Source of the DNA: a virus
DNA: 64,000 bases
Strand: one strand, 5' to 3'
Virus record (IMG/VR): IMGVR_UViG_3300048997_000130
Coordinates: 96,001-160,000 of that record
Below are positions 26,487 through 35,310 of this stretch, piece by piece. Numbering within the stretch: the stretch's first letter is position 1; each line of letters opens with the position of its first letter. A model generated the notes under the pieces. That model was not told the DNA's origin. It searched no databases and was given only the letters and a program-made list of their open reading frames with translations. The position numbers were made by a program, and so were the translations under genes.

Positions 26487-27033
26487 GTTCTTGCATATGT
26501 TCAGGCGCTTCAAATTTCCGAAACGGCAAGACTTCTCGAGCTTTTAAATCGAGAGCTCGAGCTCGAAGCAGAGATTTAGAACGGCCGGCCTTATAAAGAG
26601 ACCCGGGTTCATAGAGCAAAAGTTCATAACTGCGCACTTGCAGGAGCTCATTTATCAAATGCTCATGTGACAGGAGTTTTTGAGGTTCATCGAGAATCCA
26701 AATTTTGGTGGTGAGCGTGGAGCGCCATAAACGCTCAAGTTCTTCTTGCCGTTTTTCGAACGGCACTGTCGTAAAACTTGGCAAATCCACCAAACACAAT
26801 TTAATGATTGGTTGCGAATCATCATAAAACCCATCGAGTGGAATGTTCGGGAAACCGTCCAAGAATTCGTCCGGAGTGGACAAAACGTTGCCATGCCGGT
26901 CAAGAAGCATCTTCCCATCCCAATATACATGTTGCCCTTCGGGTTGAATGGTTATCCACCAACCGACGGGATTCACGTCCGGAAAATCTTCTAGATTTCG
27001 GGCACGCATGAGAGGTGGACTATTGGGTTTCAT
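26467..27033 (-). CDS. degenerate ATP-dependent DNA ligase adenylation-domain homologue
   Basis: GWWITIQPEGQHVYWDG..LLDRHGN..PLDG..DLP..PFEKR..YKAGRSKSLLR; KxDG lysine replaced, no OB domain. Confidence 0.7.
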   Translation of the reverse strand: MKPNSPPLMRARNLEDFPDVNPVGWWITIQPEGQHVYWDGKMLLDRHGNVLSTPDEFLDGFPNIPLDGFYDDSQPIIKLCLVDLPSFTTVPFEKRQEELERLWRSTLTTKIWILDEPQKLLSHEHLINELLQVRSYELLLYEPGSLYKAGRSKSLLRARALDLKAREVLPFRKFEAPEHMQEHETPES

Positions 27034-27074
27034 GCAGTATCATACATCTTTGAACGCTCTTGCTGCGAGAAACA

Positions 27075-27317
27075 CTAACCGAGCAATGTCGGAAGTCGCT
27101 TCTTCCTTCGATTTTGAACTTCTCGCAGAATTGGTTTGAAGCCTTGAATTTGATTGAACACTGAACTCAAGAAACCAAATTTATCTCCGGTGAAATTCAA
27201 AAATTTTTTCACGAGAATGTGTTCGCAGCGATGACGATAACTGAGCAAAATTTTCTCAGCAACTTCAGGTGAATCGCTGGACAGAATGTCATAAACGACG
27301 TCAGCTTCCATGGACAT
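27075..27317 (-). CDS. hypothetical protein
   Basis: 80 aa ORF. Confidence 0.6.
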   Translation of the reverse strand: MSMEADVVYDILSSDSPEVAEKILLSYRHRCEHILVKKFLNFTGDKFGFLSSVFNQIQGFKPILREVQNRRKKRLPTLLG

Positions 27318-27367
27318 TATTTTGCCTTAGATTATCTGCCATATATTTTTAGATTATATGGCAGATA

Positions 27368-27622
27368 CTACGCAACTCGAACTGACGGCATGTCCTGACG
27401 GGTGGTCCGGTTCTGGCGAGCCGCCTGTTCAGCCGCCCGAATGAATTTGGTGTCTGCATGATTGCGCACTGCAGCATCGAGTTGCCGGACTGTCCATCCC
27501 GAAGTTCGGGCAACATAGCAAAAAACTTGGCATTTGGTTTCGATGTCCATGCCTGCAAGAGCCGCTTTCATGGCCACCAGACGATGCATGACTGATTTGA
27601 ACTCGAGACGATTTCGTTCCAT
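27368..27622 (-). CDS. hypothetical protein
   Basis: start MERNR after GGAG. Confidence 0.65.
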   Translation of the reverse strand: MERNRLEFKSVMHRLVAMKAALAGMDIETKCQVFCYVARTSGWTVRQLDAAVRNHADTKFIRAAEQAARQNRTTRQDMPSVRVA

Positions 27623-27641
27623 GTTTGCTCCTAAATCGAAA

Positions 27642-27995
27642 TCAGTCAGATTTCCGCAATTGCTCGAGAAGCGACTTGCGCCAAGGATTCCCGCCGTCGT
27701 CAACAAACCGAATGTTTTGGATTTGATCTGGCAAAGCTACGCCATAATAACCATGGCAATGGCTTTCCAGATTATCGTCTCGGATTCCGACATGTCCAAA
27801 ACGTGAGTAGCAAGTTATGAAGACTTTGGTGCCGGCCGTGGCCGTGTGGACTTCGGTGTTGGCGTCCGACGGATGCGTGCCGTTCCAAACGCGCATTTCA
27901 ATGGGTTCGAGGAGTTCCGCATGTGCGAAAACTTCCCGACCTTCATGTTTGCGGAGATAGATTTCTTCCCAGGCTGCTGCGTCTTCAGGATTCAT
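27642..27995 (-). CDS. hypothetical protein
   Basis: 117 aa ORF. Confidence 0.65.
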   Translation of the reverse strand: MNPEDAAAWEEIYLRKHEGREVFAHAELLEPIEMRVWNGTHPSDANTEVHTATAGTKVFITCYSRFGHVGIRDDNLESHCHGYYGVALPDQIQNIRFVDDGGNPWRKSLLEQLRKSD

Positions 27996-27999
27996 ATTC

Positions 28000-28155
28000 T
28001 TAACTATTCCAAGAGATTTTGAATTTCCGTTTGAAAAGTGCCCCGGTCACGCAGCCGAATGCAAAAATCGCAGCGTGCAGCGCCCCATAAAGCCCGAACC
28101 AAAAGCCGGCAAAAGCTACGGCGAACATGATGAGCGCAAGATCACGATTTTGCAT
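28000..28155 (-). CDS. small membrane protein
   Basis: hydrophobic hairpin. Confidence 0.55.
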   Translation of the reverse strand: MQNRDLALIMFAVAFAGFWFGLYGALHAAIFAFGCVTGALFKRKFKISWNS

Positions 28156-28441
28156 GATTGTCCAGATAAACTTGGAAACCCCGCAAGGCTCCCGCAATGG
28201 ATTCAAAATCATTACAAATGGCAGACATGGGCCGGTTGCCAACTTTTGGGAACCGGGGTCTCAAGAAATCTGAATAATCACCCAAGAAATTTTGCATGTT
28301 CCGCACGCGCTGAAGCCGTAAACTGTGTCGAATTTCAAGCAGGAGCAAAACTTGGAGTTCGAACGCTTCGGGCCCGCCCCAGTTGCGAGGATGCTCAAGC
28401 ATCATTTCTATGCGCGTCTCAATGAACGATTCGATGTCCAT
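28142..28441 (-). CDS. hypothetical protein
   Basis: start MDIES. Confidence 0.6.
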   Translation of the reverse strand: MDIESFIETRIEMMLEHPRNWGGPEAFELQVLLLLEIRHSLRLQRVRNMQNFLGDYSDFLRPRFPKVGNRPMSAICNDFESIAGALRGFQVYLDNHAKS

Positions 28442-28895
28442 GGCTTTTTCAAAAACAAAAACGGGCAACGCACCCCGAGGACTAAAATGTCCTCTTTCCC
28501 CCGGCAAGAGGCGATCGATTCGTACCTTTGGACATTTTTGCCGAATGCCACGTCTTATCGATCCTTACTTTGGGGTGCGTTGCCCGCGAATTTAATTTTC
28601 CTTTTATAACTGTGCTTTATTTTACATTTAAACCGACAAGACTGTCCAAGACTGCTTAAATCAAAACTTTACTGAAATTTTTTGGTGTTCGATTTCTGAA
28701 AATTCTTACAACATCACTCCGGAGATTTACAAATTTGGTTCACGTATTTTTCGAAAACCAAATTACGACGCCGTCAACGGTTGATTGAGACTTCAAACCG
28801 TAAACTTCAACGGTTGAATGCAATGGAAACTTGGCTTCCAACGCCGTGACTGGACCTCTCGAAACCGCCGACAATTTCAATGGGACTGGGCATTT

Positions 28896-29096
28896 TTAAT
28901 TTATTTGACCTTTGCAACACGGGCACGAGATTTTTCGCATTTGACTCGAACAATAAATGCGAGTGGAACATTCAGGACAACACACGGAACGCAGTGTCTT
29001 TTGAACGGGAGATTTCCTGCGAGCCAGCCAGGTTTGAGAAACCACGAAGCTGAACAACGCAAGAGTTATGAGGAGGAGGACCACTGAAAAATTCAT
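28896..29096 (-). CDS. TM-anchored Zn-ribbon protein
   Basis: N-terminal TM; CPEC...CPCC. Confidence 0.65.
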   Translation of the reverse strand: MNFSVVLLLITLALFSFVVSQTWLARRKSPVQKTLRSVCCPECSTRIYCSSQMRKISCPCCKGQIN

Positions 29097-29434
29097 TTTT
29101 TCAAAATAAGAGTGGGGGATTCCAATTTGCGAAGACCTTCACGCTCGAGCTCCCACAACATTGCATAGACAATGATGGGAGGTTTGCGTGCGTCCTGGAA
29201 ATGGATCCACCAAGACAAAACTGATTGTGCAGGTTCGAAACGAATGGCCCCTAAAAGCTTGCCCGTTTTCCGGGCGATTTCAATTTTGCCCTTCCAAATT
29301 TGCCGAACCGGCTTTGTGATTTCTGCCATTTTTCCCGCTCCAAATTCTATAAATTCGCCCATTGGATTTACGGTTGGCGGAGTTTGTAAATTAATGGGCG
29401 GGCCGGTTAGGAGGGAACATGGAAAAGAATTCAA
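29093..29434 (-). CDS. hypothetical protein
   Basis: start uncertain. Confidence 0.5.
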   Translation of the reverse strand: MNSFPCSLLTGPPINLQTPPTVNPMGEFIEFGAGKMAEITKPVRQIWKGKIEIARKTGKLLGAIRFEPAQSVLSWWIHFQDARKPPIIVYAMLWELEREGLRKLESPTLILKK

Positions 29435-29652
29435 CTCAAATCGTTTGGTCCGGCGTGGTTTTCAGTGCACACAGCGGGAAGGAATTCCCTGTTCAAATTC
29501 GACAGGTGAACGCCGACCCGGACGATGGACTGGTCGAAATTCAAGTGGACGAGAAATGGGTGGCCGCTGACGACACTTTGGCCATGAATGCCTACATGCA
29601 AGCTTTCTTCGACGCTCGCAAGCAATTGCTTCTTCAAGAAGATAATCTGTAG
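29419..29652 (+). CDS. hypothetical protein
   Basis: GGAGGG SD. Confidence 0.65.
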   Translation: MEKNSTQIVWSGVVFSAHSGKEFPVQIRQVNADPDDGLVEIQVDEKWVAADDTLAMNAYMQAFFDARKQLLLQEDNL

Positions 29653-29705
29653 GAAACCGAGACATAACTAAGCTTTTCATGTAGGTGACAAAGTGCGTTA
29701 CCTAC

Positions 29706-30608
29706 ATGATAAAGCAAATTTTTTCGCCGCACCACGGAACTCATGTCAAATTGGGTCGGAAACATCCGACCTCCCGGCCGAAGCTGCATCTCAAAAATTA
29801 TTTGAGTCAGCTTCCTCTCCCGCCGGCTTCCTGTGATTTCAGCGCCAAAGCTCTCCCCGTTTTGTCCGATATTATGGGCAACGATAATTTGGGCGACTGC
29901 GTTATTGCTGGCGGTTACCATATTGTGGGCGTTGAAACTGGCAACGCTTCTACTTTATATCATGCAAATCCCGCTCAAATTATTCATGATTACTCGGCCA
30001 TTGGTGGATACGTACCGGGCGACGTCAACACTGATAATGGTTGCGAACTGCCGGTGGCTTTAGCCTATTGGCAAAAGCATGGCTTTAGCAACGGCACTAA
30101 ATTGCTCGGCCATTTGGCTGTTGATGCCACTGACAAGCAAGAAGTTGCGTTGGCCTGCTATTTGTTTGAAAATCTGTACTTTGGAATGGCGCTTCCGGAC
30201 AAATGGATAAACCCGTTCCCGACAGGCAACGGTTTCATTTGGGACGTGGCTGGCGCTCCAGACATGAACAATGGACACTGCATCATGGGCATGGGTTTTG
30301 ATTCTCACGGTGTCAAAGTGGACTCATGGGGGCTCGTTGGCACTTTGACCTGGGAAGCCGTGGCCAAATATGCAAGCGCTACAGCTTCCGGCGAACTGCA
30401 TGTGATGCTTTCTCCGGATCAACTGGCTAGGGGCCAATCTAAAGCCCCTAATGGCGTCAATTGGGCGGATTTGCTCGACGATTTCAATCAACTTGGTGGA
30501 AATGTTCCAATTCCCCCGGTTCCTGTTCCAATTCCTCCTACGCCAGTTGTTAAATCACTTTCGCTCACGCAAGTCCAAGCGTTGCTTGCCACGACTTGGC
30601 CGAAATGA
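29706..30608 (+). CDS. papain-like cysteine peptidase
   Basis: MGNDNLGDCV (Cys), NGHCI (His), DSWG; DNGC motif; Pro-rich C-terminus. Confidence 0.7.
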   Translation: MIKQIFSPHHGTHVKLGRKHPTSRPKLHLKNYLSQLPLPPASCDFSAKALPVLSDIMGNDNLGDCVIAGGYHIVGVETGNASTLYHANPAQIIHDYSAIGGYVPGDVNTDNGCELPVALAYWQKHGFSNGTKLLGHLAVDATDKQEVALACYLFENLYFGMALPDKWINPFPTGNGFIWDVAGAPDMNNGHCIMGMGFDSHGVKVDSWGLVGTLTWEAVAKYASATASGELHVMLSPDQLARGQSKAPNGVNWADLLDDFNQLGGNVPIPPVPVPIPPTPVVKSLSLTQVQALLATTWPK

Positions 30609-30609
30609 T

Positions 30610-30801
30610 TCAAGCGGCAAGCTCATAATCTATCACAATCGCATATACATAACCAGCGTCGTCTTGGAAAATTTCGCCAGTCATTTTCAATATTTCCAAA
30701 CCAAGTAGAGTCCCTACTCGGCCGATGTTATCCGACAGGAAATCTTCATGGGCCATTCCCCCGAAATTCAAAAGCAAATCCATGATATTTTGTGAAAACA
30801 T
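30610..30801 (-). CDS. hypothetical protein
   Basis: after cassette 30808..30850. Confidence 0.65.
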   Translation of the reverse strand: MFSQNIMDLLLNFGGMAHEDFLSDNIGRVGTLLGLEILKMTGEIFQDDAGYVYAIVIDYELAA

Positions 30802-30850
30802 TCCTTTAAATCTCCAAAGAAATCTTACCTAGGAATCCTTGGAATTTACC

Positions 30851-31692
30851 CTATGGCATATATTGCTGGATCCTATGCCATACCCAAACGAAATCTAATA
30901 CAGAGTATCTCTTGAATAATCTATTTTCAAGAGATACTCATCAAAATGTTTTCAAATAGATTATTTGAAAACAAAATTTTTGAAGAGATATGTCAACATA
31001 ATCTATTTGAAAATCAAATACTCCTTCAAAAACCAGTCATATTCCTTTTTAAAATCAGTCATATTAATATAAATCTCCGAGTTTCTTTGATTGACTGTGA
31101 ATTGTTATGGGTTTTTCTGTGAATTGTTATGGTTATTGGAGGGGTTTTTGAAGGGATTTGTAATGGGTTGTGGGGAGACTATGGAAGAGTTTCTCGGATT
31201 ATTGTGGATTTTAGACGGGACTTTTTAGGATTCCTTCAATCTATTCCCCGTTATCCCTTTCCGAATCCATTTTATTCCCCTATCCAACTCCCTTCGTATG
31301 ACCCATTTTCTCCCCGTATTTGGAATCCGGTTAGGACACTCCTATTTATAACCGGATTATTTATATCATTTTCCTTCATTTCCAAAGCCTCATGAAGCTG
31401 TCTTGATTTTTCCTAATCTCTTTTAATTTCGTCCTCTAGAATAAATATTTACGAAAATTTCGCTCCTTGGATTTTAAAGATTCTTCCTAACAATTCAATT
31501 CTAATATGTTGAATATTTACAAATGATTACTATTTTGAATTTAAATAAGATTATAAGATTGGATTTTCCGGGATTTTGAAACCCCTTATGCGGTCTTCGG
31601 GCCGTTTTTTAGTGGTTATTCTCACCCCCATATTCCGTTAAAATTCATAAAATATGTAGGGTTAGAACATCATTTCCTTTGTATATTTGGGT
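30851..31692. other. AT-rich non-coding divergence centre (candidate origin or genome-end junction)
   Basis: no credible ORF; 14-bp inverted repeat 30903..30939; repeated ATTTGAAAA, CAGTCATATT, AATCTATT; G/T-rich then C/T-rich tract at ~31130..31320. Confidence 0.5.
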
Positions 31693-31698
31693 TAAATC

Positions 31699-32340
31699 AT
31701 GACCTTCGTAGATTCGGTCTTCAAGTCCGGGCATGGCGCCAAGTTTTTACAGTCCGTTCTGGACCATCCTGAAATAGCTTCGGACATTGAAGCTTTCCCG
31801 CACCTTTTGCAACAAGCCAAAATTTTGGACATCCACTTCGTTCCATCGTCAATGGGAAAAGAAGACTGGAGGCCGAGCTTTTCCATTCAAGTCAAAGACC
31901 GCCAGTTCATTCAACAGGGTTTAAGCCTTCCATTTTTCTCCGTTTGTCCGGGTTCCGGCAACCTTGTTCACATGCTTTGTTTGGAACATGGGCGCTCCCT
32001 CCAAAAATTAAGCTCGGGTTCCGAATCACTCAAACATGCTGGCTCATCGGTCCGAAAGTCCGCGGTCGTTTCAGGTCCGGACCTTCCCACCATTTATCAA
32101 TCCGTTGATCGCTTCGTCACCCACAATTGCCCGCAAGTTGAAGAAACTCGTCTTCGTCTTCACAACGAAGTTTTCGGCCAGCTGCATCCCTGGCAGTTTG
32201 AACAGCGTCGCATTTCGGCTCTCCGAGCCGCCGCCCTTGAGCAGTTTTTTGAAATTCTTTCCAATTTCGAGGAGCTTGGCACGCAACATTTTCGCGATCT
32301 TCTCGACCAGTTTCAAGTCCATTCCGTCATGTCCTCATAA
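31699..32340 (+). CDS. family A paralogue with C-terminal tag
   Basis: ends LDQFQVHSVMSS. Confidence 0.85.
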   Translation: MTFVDSVFKSGHGAKFLQSVLDHPEIASDIEAFPHLLQQAKILDIHFVPSSMGKEDWRPSFSIQVKDRQFIQQGLSLPFFSVCPGSGNLVHMLCLEHGRSLQKLSSGSESLKHAGSSVRKSAVVSGPDLPTIYQSVDRFVTHNCPQVEETRLRLHNEVFGQLHPWQFEQRRISALRAAALEQFFEILSNFEELGTQHFRDLLDQFQVHSVMSS

Positions 32341-32376
32341 TTTTTGGAAATCGACCGTTTTTCTCAGTAAGTTCCA

Positions 32377-32955
32377 ATGACCCCGATGGTTCCAATGATC
32401 TCAAATTCCATTCTTGATCAGGTTCAAGCTTTTTTGGCTCGGTCCGACGTCGTTTCGGCCATGGCCCGATTCCAAGCCGTTTTGTCCAACGTTCAACTTT
32501 CGGACATCGATTTCTCTTGGAACACGCATTTTAACAGCCTGCACGTTGAAAATCCGGCTCCTTTGGACATCACTTACACTTTGGTCGCAGATAAAGAAAC
32601 TTTTCGAACTGGAAATTTAGAAGTTCCTTTCCGGGATCTTCATGAAGTTCTCATTAACGCGTTTTGCGATCACCAAACAGCGTTGGAACAAAAGCGAATT
32701 CAACTTTTTAACGCCATAAATCTCGCCATAAATCAACGTTTTTTGACGCAGCGCGTCGAAGCTCAATCCCGGCTCACGGCCCAGTTCGACAAAAAAATCC
32801 TTGAACCATCCTTCCAACAAAAGCGTCTTGAAGTTTTGCGTGAACGGTTCACCGTTCAGTTCAATCATGTTTTGTCAAGCAGCGTTGAACTCGGCCCACA
32901 GTTCATTCAGCAAACTTTAGATGCGTTTTGGGTTCAATCCGTCATGCATGAGTGA
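32377..32955 (+). CDS. family A paralogue with C-terminal tag
   Basis: ends LDAFWVQSVMHE. Confidence 0.85.
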   Translation: MTPMVPMISNSILDQVQAFLARSDVVSAMARFQAVLSNVQLSDIDFSWNTHFNSLHVENPAPLDITYTLVADKETFRTGNLEVPFRDLHEVLINAFCDHQTALEQKRIQLFNAINLAINQRFLTQRVEAQSRLTAQFDKKILEPSFQQKRLEVLRERFTVQFNHVLSSSVELGPQFIQQTLDAFWVQSVMHE

Positions 32956-33545
32956 GGCCAGTCGCCATGTCTTCCAATCTTTTCTTCCATCCGCACATTC
33001 AAGAGCTTCGCACAGTTTTGGAAATCAGCACCCGTTTTGCTCGCATTTCCGGGTTTTCTTTTCAAGTTCAGTTCAAACCGGGTTCCAGTCCGAGTCCAGG
33101 TTTGCACATTGAGGAAATTTGGCACATTTCTTTCCCCAACGGTTTCAAACCCCACCACATTCCTCAACGGTTCCTCACATCTTCAAACACACCTCCGCCC
33201 ATTTGGTTAATTCAGCCCAAAGCCTTGGAAGTCCCCGTTCGCGCCATTTTGGCCGCTTTGCCATCTGATCAACTTCGTCAAACTCTCAAACTCGAAACTT
33301 CTCAAATCATTTCTCAGCTCAAACAAATTCTGCGGCCCGCCAACAATGATGCCGTTCTAGACATTCAGAAGCAAGCTCTGACATTTTGGAAATCTCCACA
33401 TTTCCTTCAAACCAGGCACCAAGCCGTTCTTGATGCCGCTCGAAGCACCCTTTCTGACGTTCTCCAAGCTTTTGGCGGGTTTGACTCCTCCTTGCCGTCC
33501 CAGCTCACGGGCGAGCTCGTCGCGCGCCACATCATGCATTCTTGA
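32952..33545 (+). CDS. family A paralogue with C-terminal tag
   Basis: ends GELVARHIMHS. Confidence 0.85.
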   Translation: MRPVAMSSNLFFHPHIQELRTVLEISTRFARISGFSFQVQFKPGSSPSPGLHIEEIWHISFPNGFKPHHIPQRFLTSSNTPPPIWLIQPKALEVPVRAILAALPSDQLRQTLKLETSQIISQLKQILRPANNDAVLDIQKQALTFWKSPHFLQTRHQAVLDAARSTLSDVLQAFGGFDSSLPSQLTGELVARHIMHS

Positions 33546-33552
33546 TCAAATC

Positions 33553-34113
33553 ATGTCCCATCTTCCATTTAATTTTCCTTTTGAGGTCAAAAACATTTTC
33601 TTTCTCATAAACACTTTGCAATTTTGCGTGGAATCATCCAAACTTGACGGTTTTGATTTTGAGTTCAATCTCATTGAAGAAACTCTTCAAACCCAAGTTT
33701 GGTGGAAAATTTCCATGCCAGGTCTTCCTCCCTTCACTTGGCTTTTTCCATTCGTTCAAAGTTCCAATTCTCCCAGTCGTTTCATTCATTCGAATCTCAT
33801 TTTCCCACACGTTCAGCGTCTCATCCAAGGTTTTCCTCCTTCCTTCGTTGAAAACAAACTTTGCATTTCTGAAAACGTTGAACGAGTTCAACTGGCACTT
33901 GATCCCCTTTACACGAAAGTTCTCATCCGTTTGGGTCAACAGGCCACGGAAATTTCATTGACCAATCAATTTCAATCCGCACGACATTCGGCCGTGAAGG
34001 ATTTTGCAACTTTCCACATAAAATCGGCCTTCCAGGCGTTTTCTCAATTTGATCCGCACATTGTGCATGACATCGTTCGTGAGTTCCTTGCCGAAAGCGT
34101 CATGGAAACGTGA
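33553..34113 (+). CDS. family A-like paralogue with C-terminal tag
   Basis: start MSHLP; ends REFLAESVMET. Confidence 0.85.
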   Translation: MSHLPFNFPFEVKNIFFLINTLQFCVESSKLDGFDFEFNLIEETLQTQVWWKISMPGLPPFTWLFPFVQSSNSPSRFIHSNLIFPHVQRLIQGFPPSFVENKLCISENVERVQLALDPLYTKVLIRLGQQATEISLTNQFQSARHSAVKDFATFHIKSAFQAFSQFDPHIVHDIVREFLAESVMET

Positions 34114-34177
34114 CGCTTTCGGCAAGGGATGAAATCATTCTTAACTCATGAAATTTTGGAACAGGTCATAATTCTCC

Positions 34178-34693
34178 ATGCACATTCACATGTCTTGGTT
34201 TTCAGACAAAAAAGAACTCTTGGATGGTGAATTTGGAAGCACATCTGTCACGAGTCCGTTGAAAAATGCATTTTTCAACGGACTCGAAATTCGAATTTGT
34301 TTTAAACTGATTCGTTCTTTGGATGGGTTTGACATCGATTTCAAAATTTTTGATTCTAAACAATCTTTTAATATTGACTTTGCTCACCTCGACGTGGATT
34401 TCATCCATCGTTCAGATCAAGATTTTGATAGGGCTTTAACTCTCACAGGCAGTTGGCTTCGGAATCTTTTTCGCCAGCACAATCGAGTTGGCAACGCCAG
34501 TTCTGGAAAGTTCGTCGTAAAGTTGGTTCAGAACATGATTCAAAAGGAATTCGAATCCATGCTTCCAATTCTCGTTTCCCGTTGCATTGAAAAATCTCTT
34601 CAGAACATTTGCCGTTTGGATAAATTCGTTCCAGATGGTTTCATTGAACGGCGCTTGGCCGAAATTCGCATCCAAGACGTTATGGACGGTTAA
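34178..34693 (+). CDS. family B paralogue with C-terminal tag
   Basis: MHIHMSWF...LAEIRIQDVMDG. Confidence 0.85.
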   Translation: MHIHMSWFSDKKELLDGEFGSTSVTSPLKNAFFNGLEIRICFKLIRSLDGFDIDFKIFDSKQSFNIDFAHLDVDFIHRSDQDFDRALTLTGSWLRNLFRQHNRVGNASSGKFVVKLVQNMIQKEFESMLPILVSRCIEKSLQNICRLDKFVPDGFIERRLAEIRIQDVMDG

Positions 34694-34696
34694 ATC

Positions 34697-34769
34697 ATGA
34701 TAATTTCCATCCGATTTCATTGAAACCAAGCTTGCAGAATCGCGCGTACGTGCCGTTATGGACGGCTGA
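34697..34769 (+). pseudogene. internally deleted family B remnant
   Basis: ATG ATA ATT TCC AT joined out of frame to (P)SDFIETKLAESRVRAVMDG-stop. Confidence 0.8.
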
Positions 34770-34800
34770 GTCAAGCCATTTTTATATTTGAATCTACACA

Positions 34801-35307
34801 ATGAAAATCTACACATCTTGGATATCTGGCTTTCTAAAGCTTACACGAGACAGCTTCGAAGCTACTTCTGCCGAACATGTTTTTAAGAATCCGTTTTATA
34901 ACGAACTTGAATTCCGCATAAGTTTCCAATTCACGCGCATTCCCGATTATATTTCTATCGAAATCAAATCTTTAAACGGACAAACAGCACAGGATATGGA
35001 TTTTATTCGAAATTTTGAACATAATTTGGATATAGCCATGCTTGATATTGGAAAATGGCTTGAATATCATATTCAAGAGTATAGTCCCAACGGAATCCCC
35101 GTTGGATTCAAAAGCACTGGGAAAAAAGTCATAAAGCTGCTCGAGAAAACCATTCGAGATGAATTTCAACGCATGTTGCCCGCCATTGCTCGATTTTATA
35201 TTGAAGATGCTATAAAAAGTATTTGTCTATTGGATAAATTTGTTCCGGATGATTTTGTTCAACAAAAACTCGCCGAGTCGCGCATACGTGCCATTATGGA
35301 CGGTTAA
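34801..35307 (+). CDS. family B paralogue with C-terminal tag
   Basis: ends LAESRIRAIMDG. Confidence 0.85.
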   Translation: MKIYTSWISGFLKLTRDSFEATSAEHVFKNPFYNELEFRISFQFTRIPDYISIEIKSLNGQTAQDMDFIRNFEHNLDIAMLDIGKWLEYHIQEYSPNGIPVGFKSTGKKVIKLLEKTIRDEFQRMLPAIARFYIEDAIKSICLLDKFVPDDFVQQKLAESRIRAIMDG

Positions 35308-35310
35308 ATC

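Larger units (their letters stand above)
2302..30850 (-). promoter_or_regulatory. dispersed promoter+RBS cassettes GTAAAT-N14-YRTAGT-N~7-TGGAGGTT (about 28 copies)
   Basis: copies at about 2302,2539,3208,4256,4555,5551,6084,7245,7675,7999,8743,9099,9452,9922,10221,12060,12881,13615,14836,16461,16716,17053,17594,18007,22010,23336,25605,30808; nearly all with a 14-nt spacer and followed by a start codon. Confidence 0.85.

Noticed and set aside
644-29570. Many long plus-strand ORFs in the left arm (e.g. 2916, 6597, 11627, 12561, 17293)
   Set aside because: They are antisense shadows of minus-strand genes that have promoter/SD cassettes; they have no RBS or recognisable motifs.
2302-30850. Dispersed repeats as a CRISPR array or integron attC sites
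   Set aside because: Copies are degenerate and irregularly spaced, separated by whole genes, non-palindromic, and contain -10-like and SD elements; no cas gene or integrase is in the window.
31129-31395. 88-aa plus-strand ORF in the central gap
   Set aside because: Low-complexity translation of the G/T then C/T skewed tract, with no RBS.
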